Positions 37,499-47,381 of a DNA stretch of 64,000 bases are shown piece after piece. Under the pieces are notes generated by a model. The model was not told the DNA's origin and did no database searches. It saw only the letters and a list, made by a program, of their open reading frames with translations. Numbering within the stretch: position 1 is the first letter of the stretch; each line of letters opens with the position of its first letter. Both the position numbers and the translations under genes were made by a program. This stretch comes from Candidatus Doudnabacteria bacterium. Its GTDB lineage: Bacteria; Patescibacteriota; Dojkabacteria; J137; JAEUSD01. Location: contig JAEUSD010000002.1 in assembly GCA_016788825.1 (NCBI GenBank), forward strand, positions 9,837 through 73,836, written 5' to 3'.

Positions 37499-38076
37499 AA
37501 CCTGATCTGTTCTAGCTTTTTGTATACTGGGCCGCGGCGAGTAAGTTCACTCTGCACCAAGTAAGCCTCTGTAGCCTGGAAAGCAGGCGGGATAGGAATG
37601 TCGATCTCGCGGATAATATCTTTCACCTCCCGCCCGGTGCTGCGGGTGGCAGAGTCCTTCATGCGGGCAAGCGAAATATGGTAATTGTGGTCAACTTTGG
37701 TCTTCCATAAGATAGTATCTTTTTTCCCTACTTGGCGGATAGCCCGATGCATCATGTTTACTAGACTATCTAGCTCTTGATTCTCTTCCACATCTGCGAT
37801 CACTACTCTTGGATCGTGCTGTCCCGGAACCCCTAGACGCAGGCCGGTGAGGTTAATCACAGGTTTTGGGTACTGGCCGGCCTGCTTCAGCAATGCATTG
37901 GCAATTTCGATCTTGCTGCCCAAACTTACGTTTGGGCCAATAAACCTCAATGTCAGGTGAAGCTGTTCCAAAGAAATAAATCTCAAATTACGTTTTTGCT
38001 TGTCCAATTCCCTAGTCACATCACGGAAATATGCCAAGAACTCTTGGTTGGGATAAATGCCAATAAACAATCTCAT
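37495..38076 (-). CDS. thpR: RNA 2',3'-cyclic phosphodiesterase (2H phosphoesterase, ThpR/LigT family)
   Basis: Two HxT/S motifs, 'HLTLRFIG' and 'HISLAR'. Start placed at MRLFIGIYP, typical of LigT N-termini (ORF track start is 38103). Confidence 0.7.
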   Translation of the reverse strand: MRLFIGIYPNQEFLAYFRDVTRELDKQKRNLRFISLEQLHLTLRFIGPNVSLGSKIEIANALLKQAGQYPKPVINLTGLRLGVPGQHDPRVVIADVEENQELDSLVNMMHRAIRQVGKKDTILWKTKVDHNYHISLARMKDSATRSTGREVKDIIREIDIPIPPAFQATEAYLVQSELTRRGPVYKKLEQIRF

Positions 38077-38150
38077 GCTGTATTTTAGCAAGAAATGCGG
38101 CAACTAGCTTCTAGTAGTTGGTACTTTGCTGAACTGGCAACCAAAGGTGC

Positions 38151-38951
38151 TCAAGCATTCATGCTGTAAACCGTGACCAAGGCGATTGCGAAGATAACGA
38201 GGTACTCTAGTAGCAGAGTCTTATTCATGTCGCGGTGCAAGATGTGGTGCAAAATTGCCAAGCCCAGATAAAAGCTCAAGAAAGTAACTAGTGTGTTTTG
38301 GATAGGCGTGATTCCAGTTATCAGGCCGGAAAGTGCTACGAGTGTGATGATCACGGGCAAGGCGAAGATGTAGCGCATGCCAAACCAATCAAGTTTTTCG
38401 TACCTGACGACAAACAACAGCGTCAACCCAAACACCACCAAAGGAAATATCAAGAATAAGAACCCCCCAAAACTGGCCACCAGGTGAAACACGGTGTTGC
38501 TAGCCAGGAAAAATAACAGCAACTTAAGTACATCATATATATAGTTAGTGTTGGTATACAAAACCATGTTGCTTAGGTAGTGGGCGCGAATATTGATAAA
38601 CAGCACTGTGAACATGAATAGTCCCAAAGACATTACAATTAGACGAATTTCAGTCTGACGGTTGAAGTAGGTAAACCCGAGTATCGATAAATAAGTAGTA
38701 CTAGGTAACAAAATGTGGTGCAAGAATACATCTTGCTTCGAGCTGGGCTCGATGAGGGGTTTTGTGCGCAGTTGGTTACTGGTGAATATTTCGATAAACA
38801 AAACCCCGACCATAATTAAGCACAGCTCGAGGAAATTGTTCACATTCCCATCATCGAGCTGTTCCACGCTCAAGAATGCGCCAAGTATCAAGGTTGCGCC
38901 AAAGATAAATCCTCTGCTAATTGTGATTATGCGTGAGCGTAAGTTGTCCAT
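38151..38951 (-). CDS. Hypothetical integral membrane protein (about 8 TM)
   Basis: 266 aa, hydrophobic throughout. Confidence 0.45.
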   Translation of the reverse strand: MDNLRSRIITISRGFIFGATLILGAFLSVEQLDDGNVNNFLELCLIMVGVLFIEIFTSNQLRTKPLIEPSSKQDVFLHHILLPSTTYLSILGFTYFNRQTEIRLIVMSLGLFMFTVLFINIRAHYLSNMVLYTNTNYIYDVLKLLLFFLASNTVFHLVASFGGFLFLIFPLVVFGLTLLFVVRYEKLDWFGMRYIFALPVIITLVALSGLITGITPIQNTLVTFLSFYLGLAILHHILHRDMNKTLLLEYLVIFAIALVTVYSMNA

Positions 38952-38955
38952 AATC

Positions 38956-39543
38956 TTAAAAATTACTAATCCCTACCCCAATTTTCCCAATAAATCCTCC
39001 AATTAGAGTCATAATTATTACTACAATAAACACGGCCAAATGAAGGTGGCGTCGAGATTGACGATAAGTTAGCCCAGACTTACTTAAGATAATGAAGTCT
39101 ATTAGGGTGAGCATACTCAAAAAGATGACAATTCCAATATTCAGATTTGCTCGCGCTGGAAGGACTTGCGGCTGACTGGCAGCACTCACTCCTAGTTGGT
39201 TGAAACCTGGAATCAGCCGCAACTGAGCCTTGATCAGCTCTGACTTGAAGCTCCCCTCCCAGGCATTACCAGCCAGGTCGCGGTTACTGAGTACAAAACT
39301 CTCTGCTTGCAGGAGCTCTTCTGGCACATTGGCCTCCCAAATAGTGCTGGTTAAAGGGAGAAGCTTCACTTTGCGATCCTCAAATTGCATTTCTGCCTGT
39401 AGCAAATACTCAGCGGCCATCTGGACTTTCACGTTGCCATTTGCGGCACCCATGACGGTAAACTGAGTAGCTTTGATGCTATCTGCTGTGGTGTCTACTG
39501 TAAATTCAGTCGTTTCTGACAGGGCGCTTTGGCGTGTCCCCAC
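38956..39543 (-). CDS. Hypothetical protein with C-terminal TM anchors
   Basis: 195 aa. A soluble N-terminal region is followed by two hydrophobic helices. Confidence 0.4.
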   Translation of the reverse strand: MGTRQSALSETTEFTVDTTADSIKATQFTVMGAANGNVKVQMAAEYLLQAEMQFEDRKVKLLPLTSTIWEANVPEELLQAESFVLSNRDLAGNAWEGSFKSELIKAQLRLIPGFNQLGVSAASQPQVLPARANLNIGIVIFLSMLTLIDFIILSKSGLTYRQSRRHLHLAVFIVVIIMTLIGGFIGKIGVGISNF

Positions 39544-39549
39544 GAAAGA

Positions 39550-40329
39550 TTAGGCGTTCAATTGGTAAACCCCGTCCGCTAGCTCAGGACTGCGGTAAGT
39601 GAACGCCCCATCTCGTACATCGACCTTCACCCACTCGATTCCGTCTTTGATAATACCTACCTGGCTCGCCTGCTCAGCCCTGCCCTGCACGTCTATCACA
39701 GGCTCGCCAATATAAATGCCGTCGCGGGGAGATGTGATCGTAGGTGTAGGTAAATCGCGACGGCTGGTAGACAAAAGTGTGTCTGAGTTTGGTTGCGGGG
39801 TCCCGAAGTGCACCACGATGATTACATTTGAATTGTACCCTTGGAAGCTTCCTTGCACGATACCGAAACCGATATCTTCAAATTCTGGACGCAAGATGTT
39901 GTCTCGATGAGTGGGACTGTCCATCCAAGCAACCATGGTGGCTTCATTGTCTGTGAACCCTTGGGCAAGATTTTCTCCTGCAAACAGGTAAGGATAGCCA
40001 GCGTTGAGTACGAAATCCCAAGGGCTTTTGCCTTGAGGGCAATAGTGAGACCAACAATCGTTCTCCAGCATTACCACTGCTTTCTGTTGGGCTGAATTGC
40101 TTAAAGCTGCGTTGAGTTTGAATGGGGGCAACCCTCGCTTGGTTCTCTCTGTATTGTGCATGTTCAAGAGGGTTGCCAGGCTTATCTCTGCGCCCACCTG
40201 CTGGATAGGTATTATGCCTACCAAGTTATTTCCGATCAACAGGACCACCAGCATCAATACCAGCGCTGGTGTGCGCAGGAGAAACGCTCGATATCCATTT
40301 TGTGGGGTGGGGAGAAACCAATGTTTCAT
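39550..40329 (-). CDS. CAP (SCP/PR-1-like) domain secreted protein
   Basis: 259 aa with a signal anchor. CAP motifs 'CWSHYC', 'MVAWMDSPTHRDNIL' and 'IGFGIV'. Confidence 0.7.
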   Translation of the reverse strand: MKHWFLPTPQNGYRAFLLRTPALVLMLVVLLIGNNLVGIIPIQQVGAEISLATLLNMHNTERTKRGLPPFKLNAALSNSAQQKAVVMLENDCWSHYCPQGKSPWDFVLNAGYPYLFAGENLAQGFTDNEATMVAWMDSPTHRDNILRPEFEDIGFGIVQGSFQGYNSNVIIVVHFGTPQPNSDTLLSTSRRDLPTPTITSPRDGIYIGEPVIDVQGRAEQASQVGIIKDGIEWVKVDVRDGAFTYRSPELADGVYQLNA

Positions 40330-40424
40330 TCCTCACAATTTACAGGGGAATATGCCGGACTGCAAATGAATTGTATACCAATTTCGACTAAAGTATTATA
40401 TTTGTATATGTTAACTATCGTAGG

Positions 40425-41051
40425 ATGTTTCGAAATCTATCTAGGCGCATGAAGTACTTTATGTGGATACTCACGGCCATTTGTGGCGTAGTGGTGTTTG
40501 CAGCTGTCGCTCTACTACTTATGTTTCTTTCGTCATACTATGTTTTGACAGAAACGAACATTAGGTTCAATGAACTAAAGGTCGGGACGGTTGTCCAGGG
40601 AACAAATTTGCAGCTAGTAGACATAGGGGATCGAGATTTCTTCTTCAAAAACACTGTAACTGGTGAAGTCTTGAAGGGGCAGAATGCGACAAAAAAAGGG
40701 GTTACAGAATATGATTTCCGGATCTGGGATGATAGCTATGCAATTGTGTCTTTGTATGAGCGTACATTTTTGGTAACAGAGAATAGTGTAGCATTTAACG
40801 ATGGTACGCGATTTGAGTACAATATATATGAGATTCTTGAGAATGGTAGCCAGATTGATCCTGGGGTAGATTTCTTTCGCCTAGATGGGGGGCGGGTATA
40901 TCGCAATGCTGTGACTGTTAAAGGCATGTATACGAAGCATAGACTTTCAATGAATGGCGGAGGTTTTGTCCAGGCAACCGACCCCCTAACTGCTTTGCTT
41001 CTTTCACGAGGCTTCGGATGGTTACTTCCTGCCAATATTGGTGTAAGGTAA
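40425..41051 (+). CDS. Hypothetical membrane-anchored protein
   Basis: 208 aa with an N-terminal TM helix. No motif. Confidence 0.4.
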   Translation: MFRNLSRRMKYFMWILTAICGVVVFAAVALLLMFLSSYYVLTETNIRFNELKVGTVVQGTNLQLVDIGDRDFFFKNTVTGEVLKGQNATKKGVTEYDFRIWDDSYAIVSLYERTFLVTENSVAFNDGTRFEYNIYEILENGSQIDPGVDFFRLDGGRVYRNAVTVKGMYTKHRLSMNGGGFVQATDPLTALLLSRGFGWLLPANIGVR

Positions 41052-41076
41052 TTGGCTGAAGGATTTTCTGCTAAAA

Positions 41077-42660
41077 TTGCGTATGCAAGTTCGTACACGT
41101 TGGGCGCCAAGCCCTACAGGTTATGCTCACCTCGGTTTTATTAGTCGAGTTTTGATCAATTACGCGTTGGCCAAGAAGAATGGTGGCCAGTTTATTTGGC
41201 GAAATGAAGACACAGACACAGAAAGAACTATTCCAGGTGCGATGGCTTTCAACATGAAATGGACCAGGGAATTTGGGTTGGACTGGGATGAGGGACCTGA
41301 CGATGAGGATTTACCTGAAGATTTGCGTAAGGGAGGTCCATACGCTCCTTACACTCAAACGAAGCGCACGAAGGCTGGGGTTTATGATCAAGCGATTCAG
41401 ACATTGCTGGATAACGGCTCAGCCTATCGCTGCTTCTGTACAAAAGAGCGTCTCGCAGAGCTGAGGGAGACGCAAGAAAGAGCTAAGCAGCAGACTCGTT
41501 ATGACGGCAGGTGCCGAAATCTCAGCACAGAAGAGATTAAGCAGAATTTAGACAATAAAGTCCCGTTTACCGTTCGGATTAAGATTCCAAAGGATCGCAA
41601 AATTGAGTTTGATGATCTGATAACTCACAATCATGTGGTTTGGGACTCAAACGAAGTAGACGATGCAATTATCGTAAAGTCCAATGGTGTTCCGACTTAC
41701 CATTTGGCTGCAATGTATGACGATGTGGTGATGAAGGTTACTCATGCATTGCGTGGATCTGAATGGTTGGCCAGTACCCCAATTCATAAAATTTTGTTTG
41801 AAGGATTGGGGATCAAGCCTGAAGATCAGGCTCAGATTGGCCACTTTACAGTTATCTTGGATCCAAATACTCCAGGCAAAAAGATGAGTAAGCGTAATGA
41901 TAGTTTCCGCGTAGATGCTCTACTGCAACGCGGTTATCTGAAGGAGGCTATTCTGAATTACCTTATGTTGCTTGGCTGGGCGCCGAAAGATAACCGCGAG
42001 TTGTTCACCTTGGAGGAGTTTGTTGAAGCTTTTGATCTGAATGGAATGCAGAAATCTAACCCGACTTGGGATGACAAAAAGATGGATTGGTTTAACGGTG
42101 TTTATCTGCGCAAACTCTCTCTTGATCAATTTTCAGAAAGGTTTTATGAATGGGTTGAGAAGTACCTGTTAACAATGTTGCCAGAGGAAGAGGAAGCCTT
42201 CCGCAAAAAGTTTGAATCTCTGCCTGTAGATTCTTTGCTGGAATTTGCAAGAAGGCTGCTGGCTGATAAGCCCGCTAGGCTCTCTGAACAGTTGGCTCTA
42301 GTGCAAGAGCGGGCTGTGAATCTGTGGGATGTGTTGCAACAGATTCAGTTTTTCTACGACGCTCCACAGAGTATAAACTGGGATATTAAACAATTGGATA
42401 AGGTGCGTGAGCAGCTTTCGGAAGTCAGAGCAAAAGTGACCGGCTTCATGAGTTCTCTACCAGAGGATTCAAAAGTCTGGACTCATGAAGCCTGGGAGTC
42501 CGGAATGCGTGCCATTGGCGACGCGTTGGGAGTCAAACACGGAGATGTATTTATGGTCCTCCGCGTCGCCGTCTGCGGTACTCCCTTCTCTCCTCCTCTG
42601 TTCGAGAGCCTTCAAATTTTGGGTAAAGAAGAGGTATTAGCTAGGTTAAACGCAAATTAA
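41077..42660 (+). CDS. gltX: Glutamate--tRNA ligase
   Basis: 527 aa. Class I HIGH motif 'PSPTGYAHLG' and 'KMSKRN' (KMSKS). Anticodon-binding C-terminal domain. Confidence 0.9.
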   Translation: MRMQVRTRWAPSPTGYAHLGFISRVLINYALAKKNGGQFIWRNEDTDTERTIPGAMAFNMKWTREFGLDWDEGPDDEDLPEDLRKGGPYAPYTQTKRTKAGVYDQAIQTLLDNGSAYRCFCTKERLAELRETQERAKQQTRYDGRCRNLSTEEIKQNLDNKVPFTVRIKIPKDRKIEFDDLITHNHVVWDSNEVDDAIIVKSNGVPTYHLAAMYDDVVMKVTHALRGSEWLASTPIHKILFEGLGIKPEDQAQIGHFTVILDPNTPGKKMSKRNDSFRVDALLQRGYLKEAILNYLMLLGWAPKDNRELFTLEEFVEAFDLNGMQKSNPTWDDKKMDWFNGVYLRKLSLDQFSERFYEWVEKYLLTMLPEEEEAFRKKFESLPVDSLLEFARRLLADKPARLSEQLALVQERAVNLWDVLQQIQFFYDAPQSINWDIKQLDKVREQLSEVRAKVTGFMSSLPEDSKVWTHEAWESGMRAIGDALGVKHGDVFMVLRVAVCGTPFSPPLFESLQILGKEEVLARLNAN

Positions 42661-42945
42661 AATGCCTAAACAAGTCATCAAATACGCAGCTGTAATTATT
42701 CACGCAGATTAAAGAATTCCTGATTCCTAAGCTCGTAAGTGATGGGCTTCTTTTGTAATCATAAATAGTTTCAATCTCACCGTTTTCTATAAGCTCTTGC
42801 TCATTTGGGGATTATACAACTTCTTGTCGGATTCATTCTAACTTCATCCCGAAGATCTATATTAGACACATCTTAATTTTTAGATGTCTAATATGTGGTC
42901 TTCCCAAAGAGCATCTCACTGCAAAGACGAACGTGCCCCACCATC

Positions 42946-42978
42946 GCCCACTGCTTGCAGTGGGCGGGGGGTTTTTTG
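42946..42978 (+). terminator. Rho-independent terminator
   Basis: Perfect 10-bp inverted repeat CGCCCACTGC-TT-GCAGTGGGCG, followed by GGGGG and TTTTTT. Confidence 0.6.
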
Positions 42979-43032
42979 TGTGGTAAAGTTCCGGGGTAGT
43001 TGTTATGGCTGAGTCGATAGAAAGGAAGAAGC

Positions 43033-44028
43033 CTAGGATTCTTCTTGGTTTTTTGGCTTGTCTGTATAGTCCAGTAGCTCTTCTAGAGTAGTCTTAGCTC
43101 GATCGCTATTGCCTTGTAGATGGCTCATATCAAACTCCCCATCATTATAATTGTTAGGAGGTGCATTCTTTTTCTTATTTCCACCTGAGTCGAACATCGA
43201 AGCTGGCAACTGGATAATGGGTGGGTAGTTTAGGTGTCTCGATACTACTGTTAGAGCTACCATGCAAAGATTGCCCAGAACTACTCCGGCAGCTAGGATC
43301 TCATCATAATCTGTGTCATTAGAATTTAGACTGTGGAAAAGGTATAGAGCTAGTACCAAAGTCATGATAGGGTAAATGTACTGACTCACCTCCGCTGCTT
43401 TTTCTTGAGGTGATTTTTCCGTACCTGTGTTTGTATAAAGTTGTGCGTTAGGAACTTCTGTCGATTCATAAAGTTTCTTGATCTTTTCTGTTACATCTTC
43501 CCCACCTTTTTCTTCAAGCAATCTGAGAGCAATGCCAATCAGTTGTCGTTCGCGACTATGTTTTAAGTGTCCCCATCGGATATCTATTCGCTGCAGTACT
43601 GCTTCCCAGATCATCGGGCTTACAGATAGTGCAGCAAGGCCCATTTTCATAGCGCCTTCTGAAAAAGGAAGCCCTAAGCCTAGAACTGTCGGCACACTTA
43701 CGAGGAGTAATATTAGCCTAAAGACATTTCTGGCAAACTTGTCTGAGTGATAGATAGTTATATTTGCATCGTAAGCCGGTAAATCTTGCGCAGCCTTGTG
43801 TATCGCGGTAGCAATTTCCTGTGCTAGGTTAACCCTGTCCGTGCCTGCTGTCATCAAGTGGGCTTCGTAGCGCACATTAAGTTCATTCATTATGCTAGTA
43901 ATTAAGTCCATAAGCTCGGGGTACTCAACCTCCAGAACATTTAGATCTTTTCTTAGTTGGTCCATAGCCTGTTTCAGCTCGACCTGTGAATTAGCTTTTT
44001 GGATATTATTTTGGATGCTTCCTGTCAT
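43033..44028 (-). CDS. Hypothetical membrane protein with N-terminal coiled-coil region
   Basis: 331 aa. A helical or charged N-terminal half is followed by 3-4 TM helices. Confidence 0.4.
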   Translation of the reverse strand: MTGSIQNNIQKANSQVELKQAMDQLRKDLNVLEVEYPELMDLITSIMNELNVRYEAHLMTAGTDRVNLAQEIATAIHKAAQDLPAYDANITIYHSDKFARNVFRLILLLVSVPTVLGLGLPFSEGAMKMGLAALSVSPMIWEAVLQRIDIRWGHLKHSRERQLIGIALRLLEEKGGEDVTEKIKKLYESTEVPNAQLYTNTGTEKSPQEKAAEVSQYIYPIMTLVLALYLFHSLNSNDTDYDEILAAGVVLGNLCMVALTVVSRHLNYPPIIQLPASMFDSGGNKKKNAPPNNYNDGEFDMSHLQGNSDRAKTTLEELLDYTDKPKNQEES

Positions 44029-44147
44029 ATATACTAATTATAGCATATTGTATCTTATAGTTGTAGCGATGGTCTAATTCTCCCCTTATTCAAACCATTT
44101 TCACAAGTTCTCGATAAATTGCGGGCAATAAATTTTATTTTTATTGT

Positions 44148-44840
44148 ATGTCGCAAATTATTGAGGTTAAAAAAGTCTCAAAGTCCTACCTCGACGGAAA
44201 ACGTAAAACAGGTGCTTTGGACGACGTCTCATTTTCACTCCCAGCTGGCGAGAGTATGGCCATCATCGGGCCGTCAGGCTCGGGGAAAACTACCCTGCTC
44301 CATTTGCTAGGTGGCCTGGATAAACCGAGTGCAGGGAATGTCTCTGTAAACGGTCAGGAGTTAACCGGCCTGAGTGATAAAGAACTTTCCATGTTTCGAA
44401 ACCAGACGATTGGCTTCGTATTCCAGTTCTTCTATTTGAATGAATATCTAAATGTGTTCCATAACATTGCGTTGCCAATGTGGTTGGCAGGTAAGTCCGG
44501 GGGCGCGGTCGATCAGAGGGTGAATCAACTGATTGAACGCGTCGGGCTGATCGACCGCGCCACACATTTCCCCAGTCAACTCTCAGGCGGAGAAATGCAG
44601 CGCGTTGCTGTGGCTAGGGCCTTGGCAAATGAACCCAAACTTATCCTGGCAGATGAGCCAACTGGAAACCTGGACCGAGATAACGCTGAGAATATTCTCC
44701 AAATATTCGACGAGATCAGCGATTCTGGCGTGAGTATCGTTGCGATCACCCATGATAAGTATGTAGCCGATCGCTTTGACCACGTGGTTAAGCTGAACAA
44801 GGGCAGGCTACAGCCAGAGGCGAAGTCGAAGACAACATAA
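44148..44840 (+). CDS. ABC transporter ATP-binding protein (MacB/LolD/FtsE-type)
   Basis: 230 aa. Walker A 'GPSGSGKTT', signature 'LSGGEMQRVAVARAL', Walker B 'LILADEPTGNLD'. Confidence 0.85.
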   Translation: MSQIIEVKKVSKSYLDGKRKTGALDDVSFSLPAGESMAIIGPSGSGKTTLLHLLGGLDKPSAGNVSVNGQELTGLSDKELSMFRNQTIGFVFQFFYLNEYLNVFHNIALPMWLAGKSGGAVDQRVNQLIERVGLIDRATHFPSQLSGGEMQRVAVARALANEPKLILADEPTGNLDRDNAENILQIFDEISDSGVSIVAITHDKYVADRFDHVVKLNKGRLQPEAKSKTT

Positions 44841-44881
44841 ATTTGCCCACAATTGTTAATACCTATTTTATATAACTCAAA

Positions 44882-46744
44882 ATGAATCTACTTCGTATAA
44901 ACAAAATTAATTTTAAGAAACTAAGGTTCTATCCAGGTAAGTCGGCATTCTTGATCGTCCCAATCTCGACTTTGGTCTTGGTAAGTGTAGTACTTTCAAG
45001 CCAGACTTCGAACCTGTTAGCTGCAGCTGAGCAAGCAATATTTGGAAGCGCCGAGCTGCAAAACCAGTACATCACTTTGCAAAAAGATACTGGATTCTCA
45101 GCCCCTGGTCGTGGTGGGGCAATGGTGAGGAGTTTTTCTATCGGGGGAAATACAGAAGATACCAATTACACTCAAGCTGACGTGGACAAGGTCTCAGGTA
45201 TGGATAACGTTTCAAATGCCCAAATCATTTCACAGTTGCCGATTAGCAACCTGAAAGTGAGTAACTTATTCACGGATAAGAGTTTTTCCCTCGGAAGTTT
45301 GTCTGGATTAAGTGCTGAACTGGCAGCTCAATTCACGGATCAAGACTTCAGTTATACCGAAGGTGATGCGATTCCGATTGTGATCAATGCCAGTGCCTTC
45401 AACGAGATTTATCATGACTGGCAAGGGAAAACTGAGGTCACCCTAGACTTTCGAGGAATGCGTCCGGAGCAGAATGAGGATGGCACACCCAAAGTTCCGG
45501 ATGCTTTGCCGATCAAAAACCGTGCGATCGAATATGATAAACAGGATTTGATCGGCCAGGAGTTTGAAATGCAGGTTGGCGGCCTTGATGAGATTCAAAA
45601 TTACACTACAGAGCCTACAGAAGCTGGTATCAAGTATGCTCAGCTGACGGCGGAAGAATTGGCCGCCAAGGAAACTGCACGTAAGGATGCGATTAGCCCT
45701 TACTGGGATTATGAAAAGATAAAGACTCCTTTGACTTACAAATTCAAAATTGTGGGAGTGATCGAAGACGATAATTCGGTAAGTTCATATATTCCTACTG
45801 AGTTTGCGGAACAGTTGATGCAGGAATATATTCAGAATCAAATTGATGCTCGGACGTCAGCAGCTTTGAGTGCAGATATTCTGAATAGTCAGTTTCAGGG
45901 GATGACTTATGATGGTGTGGAACTGAAGTCGGGCGGCTTCTTTGCATTTGGCGGCGGTGGCCGTGCGGTGATGATCAGCCGCCCGGGCGGTCCTGGCGCC
46001 TCCTTCAGCGCAAGCGATGGTGACGATGCAGAGCAGTACTCTATTCCTGGCTTGGTAGTGAGTGCTGAGCGCAACGAAGATAATGATAGTCCGTTCATTC
46101 AGGCGGAGGCGACTGGAGAGTTGAAGGATGCGGATGTGTATTCCAAGGCGGCGAAGATTGGGGGGACTATGCTCGTGAAGCTTGATGATCCGAAAAATCG
46201 AGCCGCTGTAGTTAAAGCGTTGAACAATGCGGGTTACGCGTATCAGGATATGAGTAAATCTGATGTTTACGATGAATTGGCAAATAATCTGCGTGGTATC
46301 ACGGTTGTATTTACAATTGCTTTCGTCACGATCTCAATTGCTGTGGTGATGTTTACGATGAGTAAGTTTGTGAGCGAGAGTAAGAAAGAAATTGGTGTGT
46401 ACCGGGCTCTTGGAGCGACCAAGGGACTTATCTTACGTATGTTCTTGTTCCAAGCAGTGCTATATGGATTTATCGCCTACATCTTCGGCTTGGTGACTGG
46501 ATACATTTTGAACTGGGTGGTTTCTAGCCCTGTGTACCAGTGGTTTAGTAACTTTATTGATCGGACGATGGGCGAAACGCTTAGCGTGATTAACCGCGTG
46601 GATGCTGCTGTGTTTAGGCAGACGGACTGGCAGGCGATCGCCATGTTTAGCGCGCTGCTGGCTGTTATCCTTGTCCTGATAGCTCTCATCCCAGCGCGCC
46701 AGGCTGCCAACCTCAGCCCGGTCCAGGCAATTAAAGGGGAATAA
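44882..46744 (+). CDS. FtsX-like ABC permease with large extracytoplasmic domain
   Basis: 620 aa. An N-terminal TM helix is followed by a roughly 430-aa extracytoplasmic domain, then 3 C-terminal TM helices ('VVFTIAFVTISIAVVMF...GVYRALGATKG'). Confidence 0.7.
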   Translation: MNLLRINKINFKKLRFYPGKSAFLIVPISTLVLVSVVLSSQTSNLLAAAEQAIFGSAELQNQYITLQKDTGFSAPGRGGAMVRSFSIGGNTEDTNYTQADVDKVSGMDNVSNAQIISQLPISNLKVSNLFTDKSFSLGSLSGLSAELAAQFTDQDFSYTEGDAIPIVINASAFNEIYHDWQGKTEVTLDFRGMRPEQNEDGTPKVPDALPIKNRAIEYDKQDLIGQEFEMQVGGLDEIQNYTTEPTEAGIKYAQLTAEELAAKETARKDAISPYWDYEKIKTPLTYKFKIVGVIEDDNSVSSYIPTEFAEQLMQEYIQNQIDARTSAALSADILNSQFQGMTYDGVELKSGGFFAFGGGGRAVMISRPGGPGASFSASDGDDAEQYSIPGLVVSAERNEDNDSPFIQAEATGELKDADVYSKAAKIGGTMLVKLDDPKNRAAVVKALNNAGYAYQDMSKSDVYDELANNLRGITVVFTIAFVTISIAVVMFTMSKFVSESKKEIGVYRALGATKGLILRMFLFQAVLYGFIAYIFGLVTGYILNWVVSSPVYQWFSNFIDRTMGETLSVINRVDAAVFRQTDWQAIAMFSALLAVILVLIALIPARQAANLSPVQAIKGE

Positions 46745-46768
46745 ACTGGGTTTGAAGGTTAAAAAAAT

Positions 46769-46796
46769 CCAAGGGCGGGGCGTAGCCCCGCCCTTG
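46769..46796. terminator. Bidirectional hairpin terminator
   Basis: CCAAGGGCGGGGC-GTA-GCCCCGCCCTTG, with an A7 run upstream (T-run on the minus strand). Sits between convergent genes. Confidence 0.5.
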
Positions 46797-46821
46797 TGCT
46801 TCAAAATTAGCTAAGGGTTGA

Positions 46822-47349
46822 TTATGCTTCTTGCTGCTCGGCACGGAAACTAAGCCCTTCCTCAGCTAGCTTTTGCGTCAACAAGGCTTCAAAGTCTTGC
46901 CAGTTGGCGGAGCCGTTACAGATTATTCTAACTTCTTCGATTGTACGTTGTGATAGGTGGGAAACGGTATAAATACCTGATTCGGTTAGGGCTTTGAGGT
47001 AACCTTTGTACTTTAGCATGCTTACCGAAGTATTGAGTATCAGAAATAGAGACTCAGATTGGGGATTAGTTCCTGAGGTGAGGCTTTGGGAGAATCCAAG
47101 CTCATCCAGTACTTTTGCTACATCTCCTGTCCAAGCATCTCCAAGTCCGTGTATGAAAGGTTGGGCACTTTTTAATGGTGTGTATAGGAAAAAGTCTAAA
47201 TGCTTTATTCCGGCCCTTAGCAAGGCTCGTTTGATCCCTGATAGGATTTCGCCTTTTCTACAAAGAGTACTGACATCACCTGTTCCATTTTTGAGAATGG
47301 TCTCGATAAAAGTATCGGCAGTTGGTTCAGGCGAATTGAGAGTACTCAT
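46822..47349 (-). CDS. Hypothetical protein (175 aa)
   Basis: ORF only. No recognised motif. Confidence 0.4.
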   Translation of the reverse strand: MSTLNSPEPTADTFIETILKNGTGDVSTLCRKGEILSGIKRALLRAGIKHLDFFLYTPLKSAQPFIHGLGDAWTGDVAKVLDELGFSQSLTSGTNPQSESLFLILNTSVSMLKYKGYLKALTESGIYTVSHLSQRTIEEVRIICNGSANWQDFEALLTQKLAEEGLSFRAEQQEA

Positions 47350-47381
47350 ATTGGGTAAGGTTATAGGAGGATTTTAGCACA

